A stretch of 64,000 nt of DNA from a virus. Lineage: Duplodnaviria > Caudoviricetes. Below the pieces are notes generated by a model. That model did no database searches. It was given only the letters and a program-made list of their open reading frames with translations, and was not told the DNA's origin. Where the stretch lies: positions 32,001 through 96,000 of IMG/VR virus record IMGVR_UViG_3300032234_000392. One strand, given 5' to 3'. Below are positions 31,853-41,264 of the stretch, one piece after another (within the stretch, counting starts at the first letter, position 1; every line of letters starts with the position of its first letter). The translations under genes and the position numbers were made by a program.

Positions 31853-32875
31853 TAGTTTAGCTTGTTCATAGAGTGCAAAGCTGGCCAAGTTCTTGGCCTT
31901 GCTCTCGCACATGATGTCTGCAACTGGTCTAAAACTCAGTGCCCATTCATTTACTGCTGAATTCCAGTAGAAATCAGAATGTGCTCTGAGTTTTGCTTTT
32001 TTGTGTCCGCTTTCCATTAGCGTATATAGATTGGGACGCTGGTCGAAGGCATGGTTAACAAGATGTTCTTCCCGTGACACACTATAATGTATAACAGGAC
32101 GCTGACCACGCCAACTATCACTAATCCGTTTAAAACGATCGTCAGTTGCTTCAATATATTCTCCCGTTTTAATCCAATGATGATGTATATCTAGTACAAG
32201 AGCACAATGATTCACCAGTTCAAGGCTAGCATCGATACCCCAAGCATTTTCATCATTCTCAATGGTAATGCAATTACGTGCCTCTGGACTTAGCTTAGGT
32301 AATACTGCTTTGATACCGTCAGGACCTAGCTTGCCTGAGATATGCACATTAATCTTGAAGTCTTGGAATGTTTTACCATAGCCCATCCAACGTGCCATGT
32401 CTACATGATATTCAAATTCTTCTATTGAGCGTTCAACAATGCCTGGATTAATACTAGCAAGCACAGTAAACTGGCCAGGATGGAAACTAAGCCTAACGTT
32501 CCGTAGCCTAGCAATTTCGCCCACTTCCGCAAAATGCTTTTCTGCATAAGCTCTAACGTCCACACGACGCCAGAAATCGCAATAATCACGTTGGGTATAG
32601 ACTGGAAGAATATCACTGCCAATACGAACCATTCGAAGCGATTCATCTTGTTCTCCTACTTTGGAGACTAGTTTACGAACACTCTCAATGTTTTGTTGCA
32701 TCAAGTCCCATAGCTTCTGTTCAGCTACATCACGACTTTGACGATTAAGCCAGGCCACAGTAGTACTGCCAGTGTTGTACTGTTTGCAGTCGTCTTTAGG
32801 TTTAATTCCGTCTAGTTGATCTGGACGGTCGATCCATTTGCAGGCAAAGCCAATTCGTTTAAGTGTCTGTGTCAT
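31841..32875 (-). CDS. uvsE: UV damage endonuclease (UvsE/UVDE)
   Basis: RIGFAC, RIGSDILP, LSFHPGQF, IENDE, LDIHHH, HYS, AHSD, ESKAK; start ATG 32875. Confidence 0.92.
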   Translation of the reverse strand: MTQTLKRIGFACKWIDRPDQLDGIKPKDDCKQYNTGSTTVAWLNRQSRDVAEQKLWDLMQQNIESVRKLVSKVGEQDESLRMVRIGSDILPVYTQRDYCDFWRRVDVRAYAEKHFAEVGEIARLRNVRLSFHPGQFTVLASINPGIVERSIEEFEYHVDMARWMGYGKTFQDFKINVHISGKLGPDGIKAVLPKLSPEARNCITIENDENAWGIDASLELVNHCALVLDIHHHWIKTGEYIEATDDRFKRISDSWRGQRPVIHYSVSREEHLVNHAFDQRPNLYTLMESGHKKAKLRAHSDFYWNSAVNEWALSFRPVADIMCESKAKNLASFALYEQAKLLGL

Positions 32876-32881
32876 AATACT

Positions 32882-32910
32882 ATTATAACACAATCACCTC
32901 CAGTTGTCAA
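32882..32910 (-). promoter_or_regulatory. Consensus sigma70 promoter of uvsE (leaderless)
   Basis: TTGACA-17 nt-TATAAT with extended -10 TG; ATG follows after a 6-nt spacer. Confidence 0.85.
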
Positions 32911-33694
32911 GAACAAATTTATCCTGTACTGCACAAGGATTCGGATCGCCGTGAAAGACAGCCACTGAACATTCTGGATGTACAACTATGTCATCTTTGA
33001 CAGTTTTGAACTGTCGTTTACTGTTTATTACAACTAATTCTTCTCGACTACGAATTTCCCATTTGTAGCTTTGTATCCATTCTCTAGGCCAAAACTTTAG
33101 TTTACTTTGGCACAGTTTCCAAATCCAATCTTGATCTCCCTGCAGTCGTTGTGCATCTGCAGGTTTGGATTTAAATTCTTGATAGATATGGCTTTGAGTT
33201 CCGTGAGTCCATGCCATAACAGAACTGTTGAGATATTTCCAACTTGCATAAAATTTTCTATTAAAGTCATGAATGCCCAAAAACTGATCTTGACAGTAAA
33301 GACCTAACTTGTCTATATTGGAACAGATTACAACATCAAGATCAAAATATAGTATTCTACCTCGCAATGGTAAGTTAGCATCAAACATGTGTACTTTATG
33401 CCACCATCCTCTTTGATAGTTGGCATTTGGTTGATATATAGTTCTTACACCTTCGATAGTGTGTTGGTCGTCAGTAAGGCAGGCAAACTCATAGGGTATG
33501 GTCATATGTCGGCTAACCATATTACGCAGTCGTTCTACATATTCACGGCCATATTTGTTGCCAAATCTCACGCAGAGAACCGTGAGTTTTCCGTCTAACT
33601 CTGGAGAAATATGTTTTTCTGCTTTAGACAGAGCCTTTAGTGCCTTGGCTTCTCTCTTGATTCGTTTACGTTCTTCTTTTGACAAGTCCATCAA
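32894..33694 (-). CDS. GT-A fold glycosyltransferase (GT8-like)
   Basis: [16 protein letters not shown] (DxD), NSSVM, GDQDWI, VFHG.P.P. Confidence 0.8.
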   Translation of the reverse strand: MMDLSKEERKRIKREAKALKALSKAEKHISPELDGKLTVLCVRFGNKYGREYVERLRNMVSRHMTIPYEFACLTDDQHTIEGVRTIYQPNANYQRGWWHKVHMFDANLPLRGRILYFDLDVVICSNIDKLGLYCQDQFLGIHDFNRKFYASWKYLNSSVMAWTHGTQSHIYQEFKSKPADAQRLQGDQDWIWKLCQSKLKFWPREWIQSYKWEIRSREELVVINSKRQFKTVKDDIVVHPECSVAVFHGDPNPCAVQDKFVLDNWR

Positions 33695-34496
33695 TGGCTA
33701 CCAGCTCTTCTAAAATATTTTTAAGATTATCCAATTTAATCATATTAGGACCATCACTAGGTGCGTTTTCTGGATCTTCGTGAGTTTCCATAAACACCCC
33801 TGCTACACAGCCAGTAGCTACAGCAGCCCTCGCCAAGTAGGGCACCATTTCGCGGTCTCCGCCTGAGACTGATCCCAAGCCTCCAGGCTGTTGTACAGAA
33901 TGTGTTGCATCAAAGACAACGGGATAACCAGTACGTGCCATAATAGGTAGGCTGCGCATATCAACCACAAGATTATTGTATCCATGAGTATATCCTCTTT
34001 CGCATAACATAATTCGTTCGTTTCCGGTTGAAGCAATCTTTGCCGCAACGTTTTTCATATCGTGGGGTGCAAGGAACTGACCTTTTTTCACATTGATTGC
34101 ACACCCAGTGGCACCAGCCGCTAATAATAGATCAGTTTGTCTACATAAGAATGCAGGAATCTGTAATATATCAATTCCTGCATCAGCACAGATCTGTGCT
34201 TGATATGTTTCGTGAATGTCAGTCAGCACTGGAATTCCAAATTCGTGTTTGATTGAATTTAAAATTTTTAAGCCTTCGTCGATACCAATGCCCCTTTGTG
34301 TATTAACACTGCTTCGATTGGCTTTGTCAAAGCTGCTTTTATAGACAAGATCGATATCTAGTTCATCGCAGATTTCTTTAATGCGGCCTGCAGTCTGCTC
34401 AGCATGATCCTGACTTTCAATTTGGCAGGGACCTGCTATAAGAAATATTTTATTAGAGTTGCTGGCAACAACTCGGTTTATTGAAAATGTACGCAT
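33666..34496 (-). CDS. kdsA: KDO8P synthase
   Basis: [45 protein letters not shown]. Confidence 0.95.
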   Translation of the reverse strand: MRTFSINRVVASNSNKIFLIAGPCQIESQDHAEQTAGRIKEICDELDIDLVYKSSFDKANRSSVNTQRGIGIDEGLKILNSIKHEFGIPVLTDIHETYQAQICADAGIDILQIPAFLCRQTDLLLAAGATGCAINVKKGQFLAPHDMKNVAAKIASTGNERIMLCERGYTHGYNNLVVDMRSLPIMARTGYPVVFDATHSVQQPGGLGSVSGGDREMVPYLARAAVATGCVAGVFMETHEDPENAPSDGPNMIKLDNLKNILEELVAIDGLVKRRT

Positions 34497-34520
34497 ATTA
34501 TTATTTATGCGTATATTCTG

Positions 34521-34970
34521 TTAGACTTCGTAGATTGCGGAGTTAGCACCGTGCTCAGCACATTCAACTCGCACACAATAACACCGATTATTAGTTTTTT
34601 CACGGATCAATTGATCGGCAAAGTTAAAAGCGTGTTCTGCAAACTTTTCTGCACCTACACCATCAAACATTCTAATCTCTGCTAGGCCTAGTGCTTCTAA
34701 TTCTTGGAATTTGGCCAAGTGAGGATCGGCTATATCTAATGCCAACTTGTGATCAAAATGGTCTTCTAGCCATGCCTTTAAGGCTTTAAGTCCACCAAAG
34801 TCTACTGCCCAGTTCTTGTTGTCTAATGAGTCACAACCAAATGTAAACGTAAATGCTAAACTATAACCATGTAGCAAATGACAGTGACTGTGATCTGCAT
34901 TAGGTTGCCGAAATACCGCTGACAGACCAATGTTGTGTCCGTAATGTTTTGTTGAAAGATATTTTGCCAT
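34521..34970 (-). CDS. queD: 6-carboxytetrahydropterin synthase / PTPS family
   Basis: HSHCHLLHGYS, DFGGLK, FDH, E...NSA.Y; AAGGAG SD before ATG 34970. Confidence 0.88.
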   Translation of the reverse strand: MAKYLSTKHYGHNIGLSAVFRQPNADHSHCHLLHGYSLAFTFTFGCDSLDNKNWAVDFGGLKALKAWLEDHFDHKLALDIADPHLAKFQELEALGLAEIRMFDGVGAEKFAEHAFNFADQLIREKTNNRCYCVRVECAEHGANSAIYEV

Positions 34971-35000
34971 CTCTAGTCTCCTTTGTATCGGTAGCAAGTT

Positions 35001-35050
35001 TGATGACTGCAGAATTTTTATAGAGGGATGATGCCATAAAGTCCTCTGTG
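35001..35050 (-). promoter_or_regulatory. Candidate riboswitch: preQ1-I-like H-type pseudoknot in the queD 5' UTR
   Basis: P1 AGAGG/CCUCU, A-rich AUAAAAA tail, P2 AUGGC/GUCAU; lies between the promoter and the queD SD. Confidence 0.6.
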
Positions 35051-35071
35051 CCGCTGTGTGTCTATTGTAAT

Positions 35072-35100
35072 ATTATATTACCTTTGTATTTATAATGCAA
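35072..35100 (-). promoter_or_regulatory. Nested sigma70 and late-type promoters for queD
   Basis: TTGCAT-17 nt-TATAAT, with TATAAATA (35087-35094) inside the spacer. Confidence 0.7.
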
Positions 35101-35686
35101 CAAATTTTACATTATTTTTCTGCCATTCTTTGGGCATAGCCCAGGCAGCGTGATTGATTACAGTAAATTGGCTTTGTGGATAATGTTTGAATATTAGTTC
35201 GGTGTGATATACCCAATATGAATAATCTACTGCTTGCGCATCTGTTTTGGCATAGTTTGGGGTGCCTTTGTAGAGATTGTTCACCCTATCATGTGTGGGA
35301 TATAGATCAAAACCCACTAGAGTAATTTCTTTAAATCCCAAATATGCTGCTAATAAAATAGCATAACAGCCGCTGCCCCAGTGATCGGGATGATCTCTTT
35401 TGGATTCGCCGATGATAGGAATCGGGGGAAGATGTTGTATTCGTTTATTTTTTAGTATTTTACGGAAATAATGATACCAACTGTCTCTGACATAGATCAG
35501 CGTGTCGCCAATATTGGGATTAACAATCGCTTCAGCAACCATTCTGCGATCACAGCAGATTAAATGATCGATTTTAATATCTCTATGTATGCCATTACAG
35601 CCGATTAAGGTATGTGTTGATCGATATGATTCTAGATTAACACCGCGTCTACTTTCGCCGTTGCCGACAACTACAGCCTGAGACAT
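35090..35686 (-). CDS. DUF115/MptE/Maf-like protein (possible nonulosonic/Kdo transferase)
   Basis: VVVGNGESR, LIGCN, SG..A..LA..LGF.EI.LVGFD pattern. Confidence 0.6.
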   Translation of the reverse strand: MSQAVVVGNGESRRGVNLESYRSTHTLIGCNGIHRDIKIDHLICCDRRMVAEAIVNPNIGDTLIYVRDSWYHYFRKILKNKRIQHLPPIPIIGESKRDHPDHWGSGCYAILLAAYLGFKEITLVGFDLYPTHDRVNNLYKGTPNYAKTDAQAVDYSYWVYHTELIFKHYPQSQFTVINHAAWAMPKEWQKNNVKFVAL

Positions 35687-36525
35687 TATTCAATCCTACC
35701 GAAACCGCTCCATAGGCCTGGATTGCCCGCTCTGGTACAGACCCAACCAATAAAACGTCCAGGTTGGGGACTGTTGTTCCATAGAATATCACCTTCGTTG
35801 AATGCTCCACTAGTAGGTGCTTCGCTGCCGCTGAGATGTAGTTTGTCGTTGAACTTAATAGCACCGCTGACATGAAGGTCAGTCCTTGGATCAATGGATG
35901 AAACGTTTACACCTAACGATCCTACTATCTTAACCTTTGTAGGTCCAAAATTTGGATTGCCTAGAGTAATATCACCTCCAGCACCAATGGTAAGTCTTGC
36001 GGTGTTGTCTGTGACCAGTTCTAGATCAGCTGAGTTGAATGTGCCCATGCTGCCCACATTAGGTTCGCTGGCTCCAAATACCAACTCAATATTTTGATCT
36101 AGGATACTCAGTGTGGCATTAGGTTGATCAGTGCCTATGCCTAGTCTATCTGTAGTAGCATCGTATACTAGATATTGATTAACACTTAGTCCGCCATCTA
36201 CAATAAGACCTTTTAAACGTCCTACTTCACGTAGATTACTTTTTGTAATTGTTGATCCTAATTCGGTATCGTCGATAATCTTAACATTATTAACAGATAT
36301 ACCTTTGCCTTTGGCAAGATCGATAGTTTCAGACACAAAAAATCTACCAGGGTTGGCTGCATATATTAACTGTTTGTTATAACCATCACCTGACCAAATC
36401 AATCCCTTGCCGGGAATATCACCTTTAAAGTTGATAATTGGCACTTCTGCTACATTAACATCTTGACCATTTTCTAAAACTTCTCTGAGAGCGGTTAATA
36501 ATGATTCTATTTTTTGATCAGCCAT
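35686..36525 (-). CDS. Putative fibre-like virion protein (paralog of next gene)
   Basis: Beta-repeat RLGIGTD.P motifs; C-terminal GDILWN..P......GWVC..AG.PG.W. Confidence 0.65.
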   Translation of the reverse strand: MADQKIESLLTALREVLENGQDVNVAEVPIINFKGDIPGKGLIWSGDGYNKQLIYAANPGRFFVSETIDLAKGKGISVNNVKIIDDTELGSTITKSNLREVGRLKGLIVDGGLSVNQYLVYDATTDRLGIGTDQPNATLSILDQNIELVFGASEPNVGSMGTFNSADLELVTDNTARLTIGAGGDITLGNPNFGPTKVKIVGSLGVNVSSIDPRTDLHVSGAIKFNDKLHLSGSEAPTSGAFNEGDILWNNSPQPGRFIGWVCTRAGNPGLWSGFGRIE

Positions 36526-37643
36526 TATGAATTTCCAATTTTACCAAACGGTTCCCATAGTCCAGGAGTTCCTGCCTGAACACAAACCCAACCTACATAT
36601 CGATTAATCATCGGTTCTGAGTTCCAAACTATGTCACCTTGGTTATATGATCCTGCTGTAGGATAACTACGGTCTACTCGCTGTAGTCTATTACCAAACT
36701 TCACAGCGCCAGCAACATGTAGATCCACCTCTGGATCAGGGGTTGACACCCTTACTGACAGTTTGCCATGGACAGATACCTGTACAGGAGGTAGCTTAGG
36801 ATTACCTAGCTGAATATTACCGCCTGCTGCTATAATAATTCTAGCAGAGTTATCTGTGACAATGTCTAGACTATGACTAGCATGTGTTCCGATATATCCG
36901 CGAACACTGTCTTTGGTTCCAACAACAACTTCAATACCATCTTCGCAGACGCTAAGAGCTGCATTGGGACTGTCTGTTCCTAGTCCAAGTCTATTAGTAC
37001 TAGAGTAAAATGTTAGATACTGACCAATGCTGACATCACCGTCTACAATTAATCCGTTTAATCTACCAACTTCACGCAAATTACTTTTTGTAATTGTTGG
37101 ACCTAATTCTTTTTCGTCAATTAACTTAATATTGTTAACAGTAATACTCTTACCACGAGCAAAGTCTAAGTTTTCTGAAACAAAAAATCTGTCTGGATTG
37201 GCAGCAAAAATAAACTGTTTGGTATTACCTTGCCCTGCCCAAAGTAATCCCTTTCCCTCTAGATTTTTACTAGAAAAAACAATCGGAATATCTTTTTCAA
37301 AAGTAATATCAGCTTTAATTTCTTTAACTTCTAATACATCAGTTTTAATCACAGACGCAGTAACAGTACCAGCTACACCTAGATCTTGAATATGATCTAC
37401 AGTAAGTGATGTAATATGTACACCGTCATCTTTTAACAATAACTGCTGTGTCGATGCTTGGTCAGCAATGCCTGTACTGGCAAAATTTTGTATTTTACCG
37501 CCATTAATATGATCTCCACTTAGCGATCTAAATGGAATTTTTTTAATAAATTCTTTAGGACTAGTTAAAAAACTATCCGGGTCTTGGCCTTTTAGCGCAT
37601 CTGCAAGTGCAGCCAATGCTTGATCAATATTGGTTTTGTTCAT
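36525..37643 (-). CDS. Putative fibre-like virion protein
   Basis: Shares TITKSNLREVGRL.GLIVDG and the C-terminal GWVC..AG.PGLW motif with the previous gene; start ATG 37643. Confidence 0.65.
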   Translation of the reverse strand: MNKTNIDQALAALADALKGQDPDSFLTSPKEFIKKIPFRSLSGDHINGGKIQNFASTGIADQASTQQLLLKDDGVHITSLTVDHIQDLGVAGTVTASVIKTDVLEVKEIKADITFEKDIPIVFSSKNLEGKGLLWAGQGNTKQFIFAANPDRFFVSENLDFARGKSITVNNIKLIDEKELGPTITKSNLREVGRLNGLIVDGDVSIGQYLTFYSSTNRLGLGTDSPNAALSVCEDGIEVVVGTKDSVRGYIGTHASHSLDIVTDNSARIIIAAGGNIQLGNPKLPPVQVSVHGKLSVRVSTPDPEVDLHVAGAVKFGNRLQRVDRSYPTAGSYNQGDIVWNSEPMINRYVGWVCVQAGTPGLWEPFGKIGNS

Positions 37644-37666
37644 GATAAGGTATTTATCAATAAACA

Positions 37667-37691
37667 AAAAGCGGGCATCGAGCCCGCTTTT
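37667..37691. terminator. Intrinsic terminator (symmetric)
   Basis: AAAAGCGGGC-ATCGA-GCCCGCTTTT. Confidence 0.85.
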
Positions 37692-37708
37692 ACTGAGTAT
37701 TTACTTGG

Positions 37709-38896
37709 TTATTGTATTCTAAGCAGTATAACTTCTTCGTTAATACGTCCGTTTAATTTAATATCTACGGCTTTAATATCATCTAAGAACTTACGCAACT
37801 GTACTTTACCAGCAGCCTTAAACTCTTTTAACTGCTCTTCGGGCTTGCGCAGTGTCTTTTGTACGCTGAGATTTTCATTAAATCCGATAATTGAGGTACC
37901 TTTGACACTGAGTTCTAGATATTCTGCTGCCACATACTTGCCTAATTTGCGTGACTTAGTGTTATAAACCCACAGTTCTTTAGCACCAACAATGTCTGCA
38001 GGATTAATAGATACTAGCTTTAACGGCTCGTTAGACTTTTGATACTTGAGTTTGGCAATGATCTTCTCTACAGGCTTGGCTTTCTTAGCACGTGGAGCAC
38101 GATTGACCTTGGCTTCTTGTGCCAGCATATCGCAGGCTGACAGAATTTCATTGTAAAACGCAGTGATCTTTTTCAACTGTGCCTTAGACAAATGACTGTA
38201 GCCTTCTTTTAATTGCTCACATTCACCTTCGGCAACTTCGAGATACTCGTTATATTGACGTTGATAGATGTCTTTGATCATACGAGCATGAGCGGCCTTG
38301 GCCTGCTTGCCTTTGAGCAAGTTCAATACCTTAAATGCTTTTGGATCGAATGTTTCGGGATCTGCACTAAACAACTCAATAGCATCTTCTAGTTCATCTG
38401 TCATACGAGCAGCCGCTTCACGTAAGCGTTCTTGAATACTAGGCTGTGCTACCACAGGCTTAGCCGCTTCGATGGCTTTGGTTTCTTCATCATCGATATC
38501 GTCTTTACCTTCTGATACAACTTTGGCAATAGCTTCTTTGAGCCATTTAGCAGTATCACGACCATCATTAAAGTCCGCACGTACCGCAGGCATACCTTTT
38601 AGTAGGCAGGCAGCAATAGCACCCATTGTGGTACCGCAACGATTGTCTTTGGTCTTTTTAAACTCAGCGACTTCGGCTTTGGTATAACCGTTAGCAGTCA
38701 TCCAGTTGATGACTTTTGGCTTGAGCTCTTTATTAGATGACTCTAAGCGATACCAAGTCATAGACTGATGAAAGTGTCGTAGGAACTGATTTGTGTCCAT
38801 TTGGTCAGCATTATCCCATTTTGGACTTAGATCTTTGCCACGGTTCTCGCGAGCCTTGGTCAAATGTTTGTTTGCTTTGAGTTTTGTAGCTGCCAT
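37709..38896 (-). CDS. Conserved hypothetical phage protein (basic, 395 aa)
   Basis: Long ORF with AGGAG SD and its own sigma70 promoter. Confidence 0.8.
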   Translation of the reverse strand: MAATKLKANKHLTKARENRGKDLSPKWDNADQMDTNQFLRHFHQSMTWYRLESSNKELKPKVINWMTANGYTKAEVAEFKKTKDNRCGTTMGAIAACLLKGMPAVRADFNDGRDTAKWLKEAIAKVVSEGKDDIDDEETKAIEAAKPVVAQPSIQERLREAAARMTDELEDAIELFSADPETFDPKAFKVLNLLKGKQAKAAHARMIKDIYQRQYNEYLEVAEGECEQLKEGYSHLSKAQLKKITAFYNEILSACDMLAQEAKVNRAPRAKKAKPVEKIIAKLKYQKSNEPLKLVSINPADIVGAKELWVYNTKSRKLGKYVAAEYLELSVKGTSIIGFNENLSVQKTLRKPEEQLKEFKAAGKVQLRKFLDDIKAVDIKLNGRINEEVILLRIQ

Positions 38897-38928
38897 ATGC
38901 CTGCTCCTATTCGTTAAACAATACTTAT

Positions 38929-38957
38929 ATTATAACACCATTTTAGGAGTTTGTCAA
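38929..38957 (-). promoter_or_regulatory. Consensus sigma70 promoter
   Basis: TTGACA-17 nt-TATAAT with extended -10 TG. Confidence 0.85.
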
Positions 38958-39145
38958 CTCTGCTCAAAGCGTTTGATTTCTTCCAAATCGCCAACTTCGT
39001 TTTCCTGGAACACCACAACTGTTAGAAAGCCCAATTCCAAAGTAGCCTCTGCAATTTCAAGTGCCTGTGTTCGACTAGGAGTAGTGTCGATTAGTTCTTC
39101 ATGCCCATCTTCTTCCTGAGCCCAAATTTCATATAGTTCAAACAT
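38954..39145 (-). CDS. Small acidic hypothetical protein
   Basis: 63-aa ORF; TAAGTA box 5 nt upstream of ATG. Confidence 0.65.
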   Translation of the reverse strand: MFELYEIWAQEEDGHEELIDTTPSRTQALEIAEATLELGFLTVVVFQENEVGDLEEIKRFEQS

Positions 39146-39153
39146 AGTTTTAC

Positions 39154-39555
39154 TTAGTTGTTATCGGGCCATTCACTAGGAATCCACCCAATTTTTTTAA
39201 GATCTTCTTTAATTTCATCAGTGACCGTACCTTCTGGAACATAACCACGTTTATCGAATCGTGCTTTGGCTTCTTCATCGGTTTCATCATCAAAAGCAGC
39301 AAACCCGCCCATACCAGAACAGTAGTAATCCATGTAATCTTCGCTACCGCCCCTAAGCTGAGCTACAACCCCTCCAGCTGAACGCCAAGAACACGTCCAA
39401 AAATCATCCTTGAGTACAGGTAGCACTTCTAATTTTTGCCAACGCATATTACAAAATGCTGCGTATAAATTTTGGGCATACTGTTTGTCTGACCGAATCT
39501 TCTTTAGAATTTCGTCTGAACGATAAAGGTCTTCGACTAGATCAGGACTGCTCAT
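39154..39555 (-). CDS. Hypothetical phage protein
   Basis: 133-aa ORF in a tightly packed operon. Confidence 0.7.
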   Translation of the reverse strand: MSSPDLVEDLYRSDEILKKIRSDKQYAQNLYAAFCNMRWQKLEVLPVLKDDFWTCSWRSAGGVVAQLRGGSEDYMDYYCSGMGGFAAFDDETDEEAKARFDKRGYVPEGTVTDEIKEDLKKIGWIPSEWPDNN

Positions 39556-40552
39556 TTGGGTCGAACTTTAAACCACGCCATTTTACAATGCCTTTGGCTT
39601 TTTTACCATCTTCTTTCCAAGAACGGCCAGTCCATTTGCACATACGTTCGATAGGGAATGGCCAAGTTGTGGATTCGAACTCGCATTCGTATTCGCCTTT
39701 GTGTTCTGGTTTAATATCGATTTTGAACCATTCTGTTTTGTCTTTGTCTGAATATTCTTCCGATTCACCAAATTCTTCTTTAAATTTGTCAACAATTTTT
39801 TCTAATTCTTCTACAGGATCCCAATCTTCAGTAGTTTCAGATACACATGCCGGATCTAGCACTTCATCCTCATCAGGTAATTCGTAGCGTTCCCAGTTAC
39901 CATTGTCGTCGATAAGACGTACCATGTCCATGTCCGAACTCTTGCCGTCGGTACTACCACCGTAGTTTTCAATCTCTTCATCATCGTAGTAGACACTGTT
40001 AACGAGTTCTTCGCCGTCGATTTCGTCGTAATTCAATACCAATTTTTCAATGTCAAATGGTGCTTTGAGTTCGATTTCGCCTTCAAAGAATGTGCCTTTT
40101 TCATTGCTGGAGCCAATGAATACCACTTCGCCTTTCTTGGCCATGCCCACCCAGACTTCGTCGTTGCAACTCCATCCTGGGCTGTCTTCGCAACCATCAC
40201 AGGCTTCTAAACTTTTTTCAAATATAGTATTGCCGTTTTCATCTTCGATCTGTATGGTTCCTGCATTGCGGTTTACACCGTGAACATGTCCCATGCCGTC
40301 GCACTCATACCATGATCCTGGAGTAAACGGTAGCATGTCTGGGTCTAATCCTCGATCTTCGACAATTTCATCATAGTCACCCCAAGCCATATCTACTAAA
40401 TCAATTCGATGCTTAATACAGTAGTCCCAAACCTTAGGATCTACTCGTCCCATAACTTTCTCACCACCGTATCCCCACATTTGAATCTTGTAGGTGCGAG
40501 GTGTAAATTTTAGAATTTCAATTAACTCTTGTTTTTCTTGATTAGTTGCCAC
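39542..40552 (-). CDS. Acidic hypothetical phage protein
   Basis: 336-aa D/E-rich ORF. Confidence 0.75.
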   Translation of the reverse strand: MATNQEKQELIEILKFTPRTYKIQMWGYGGEKVMGRVDPKVWDYCIKHRIDLVDMAWGDYDEIVEDRGLDPDMLPFTPGSWYECDGMGHVHGVNRNAGTIQIEDENGNTIFEKSLEACDGCEDSPGWSCNDEVWVGMAKKGEVVFIGSSNEKGTFFEGEIELKAPFDIEKLVLNYDEIDGEELVNSVYYDDEEIENYGGSTDGKSSDMDMVRLIDDNGNWERYELPDEDEVLDPACVSETTEDWDPVEELEKIVDKFKEEFGESEEYSDKDKTEWFKIDIKPEHKGEYECEFESTTWPFPIERMCKWTGRSWKEDGKKAKGIVKWRGLKFDPNEQS

Positions 40553-40883
40553 GTTCTATCTCTCTAAAAGTTTTTACTTCTTTGGATGCTGTTTTTAAAG
40601 TTTCAGCATAATTCAATGCCTGCTGTTCAGTCATGATGATTGATGCCTCGTATTCAACATAACCTTTGGTCAGCAACTGCCAAGCAGTTTGAAAACGTGT
40701 GTGTGCCCACCATTTAGATTTGAGTTTGACATAGGTAGTGACGGTGACTCCTGTGCTGTCTGCTTCGACCCACACATTATGCTCACAGTCGCTGCCACAA
40801 CAGGAACAGGGAACCGAATAGCTTTTAGAGTCTCCCCAATCCCCACGCTTCATAATACCTTCTGCTGGAGTTTGTGCCTTCAT
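40542..40883 (-). CDS. Hypothetical protein (Cys cluster)
   Basis: CSCCGSDCEH motif. Confidence 0.7.
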   Translation of the reverse strand: MKAQTPAEGIMKRGDWGDSKSYSVPCSCCGSDCEHNVWVEADSTGVTVTTYVKLKSKWWAHTRFQTAWQLLTKGYVEYEASIIMTEQQALNYAETLKTASKEVKTFREIERGN

Positions 40884-41098
40884 TGTATTACAGGCCCTTC
40901 TAATTTTTTGACATTATCGCGACTAGCATAAATGGTCTCTGCCATCATTTCATATTCTTCAGGACTAAGCATAGTTCTATAAATGGTCATGGCTTGTGCT
41001 GTCATAACTCCAGCCACTTCCAACGGTTCGTGATGTTCTGACAACTCCGAAATCACAGTCCATAACTTTGCGTAAATTTCTTCTAAAGTATTATCCAT
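40880..41098 (-). CDS. Hypothetical protein
   Basis: 72-aa ORF with ATGA overlap. Confidence 0.65.
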   Translation of the reverse strand: MDNTLEEIYAKLWTVISELSEHHEPLEVAGVMTAQAMTIYRTMLSPEEYEMMAETIYASRDNVKKLEGPVIQ

Positions 41099-41264
41099 TT
41101 TGCCTTTGTTTATATCTATATTCTCGTTTAAGCCAATATTTGTAGGTGTTCCAATATTGTTTAATTGTAACAGAATCTTGACCGAAGGTCAATCGTTCTT
41201 CACAGTTTTCCATCCAAATACGCTGAACCCAAAGTCTAAAGGCACTGATTGGTTTTACGTCCAT
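41091..41264 (-). CDS. 57-aa hypothetical protein (not in ORF track)
   Basis: MDVKPISAFRLWVQRIWMENCEERLTFGQDSVTIKQYWNTYKYWLKREYRYKQRQNG; fills the operon gap with short overlaps. Confidence 0.65.
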   Translation of the reverse strand: MDVKPISAFRLWVQRIWMENCEERLTFGQDSVTIKQYWNTYKYWLKREYRYKQRQNG

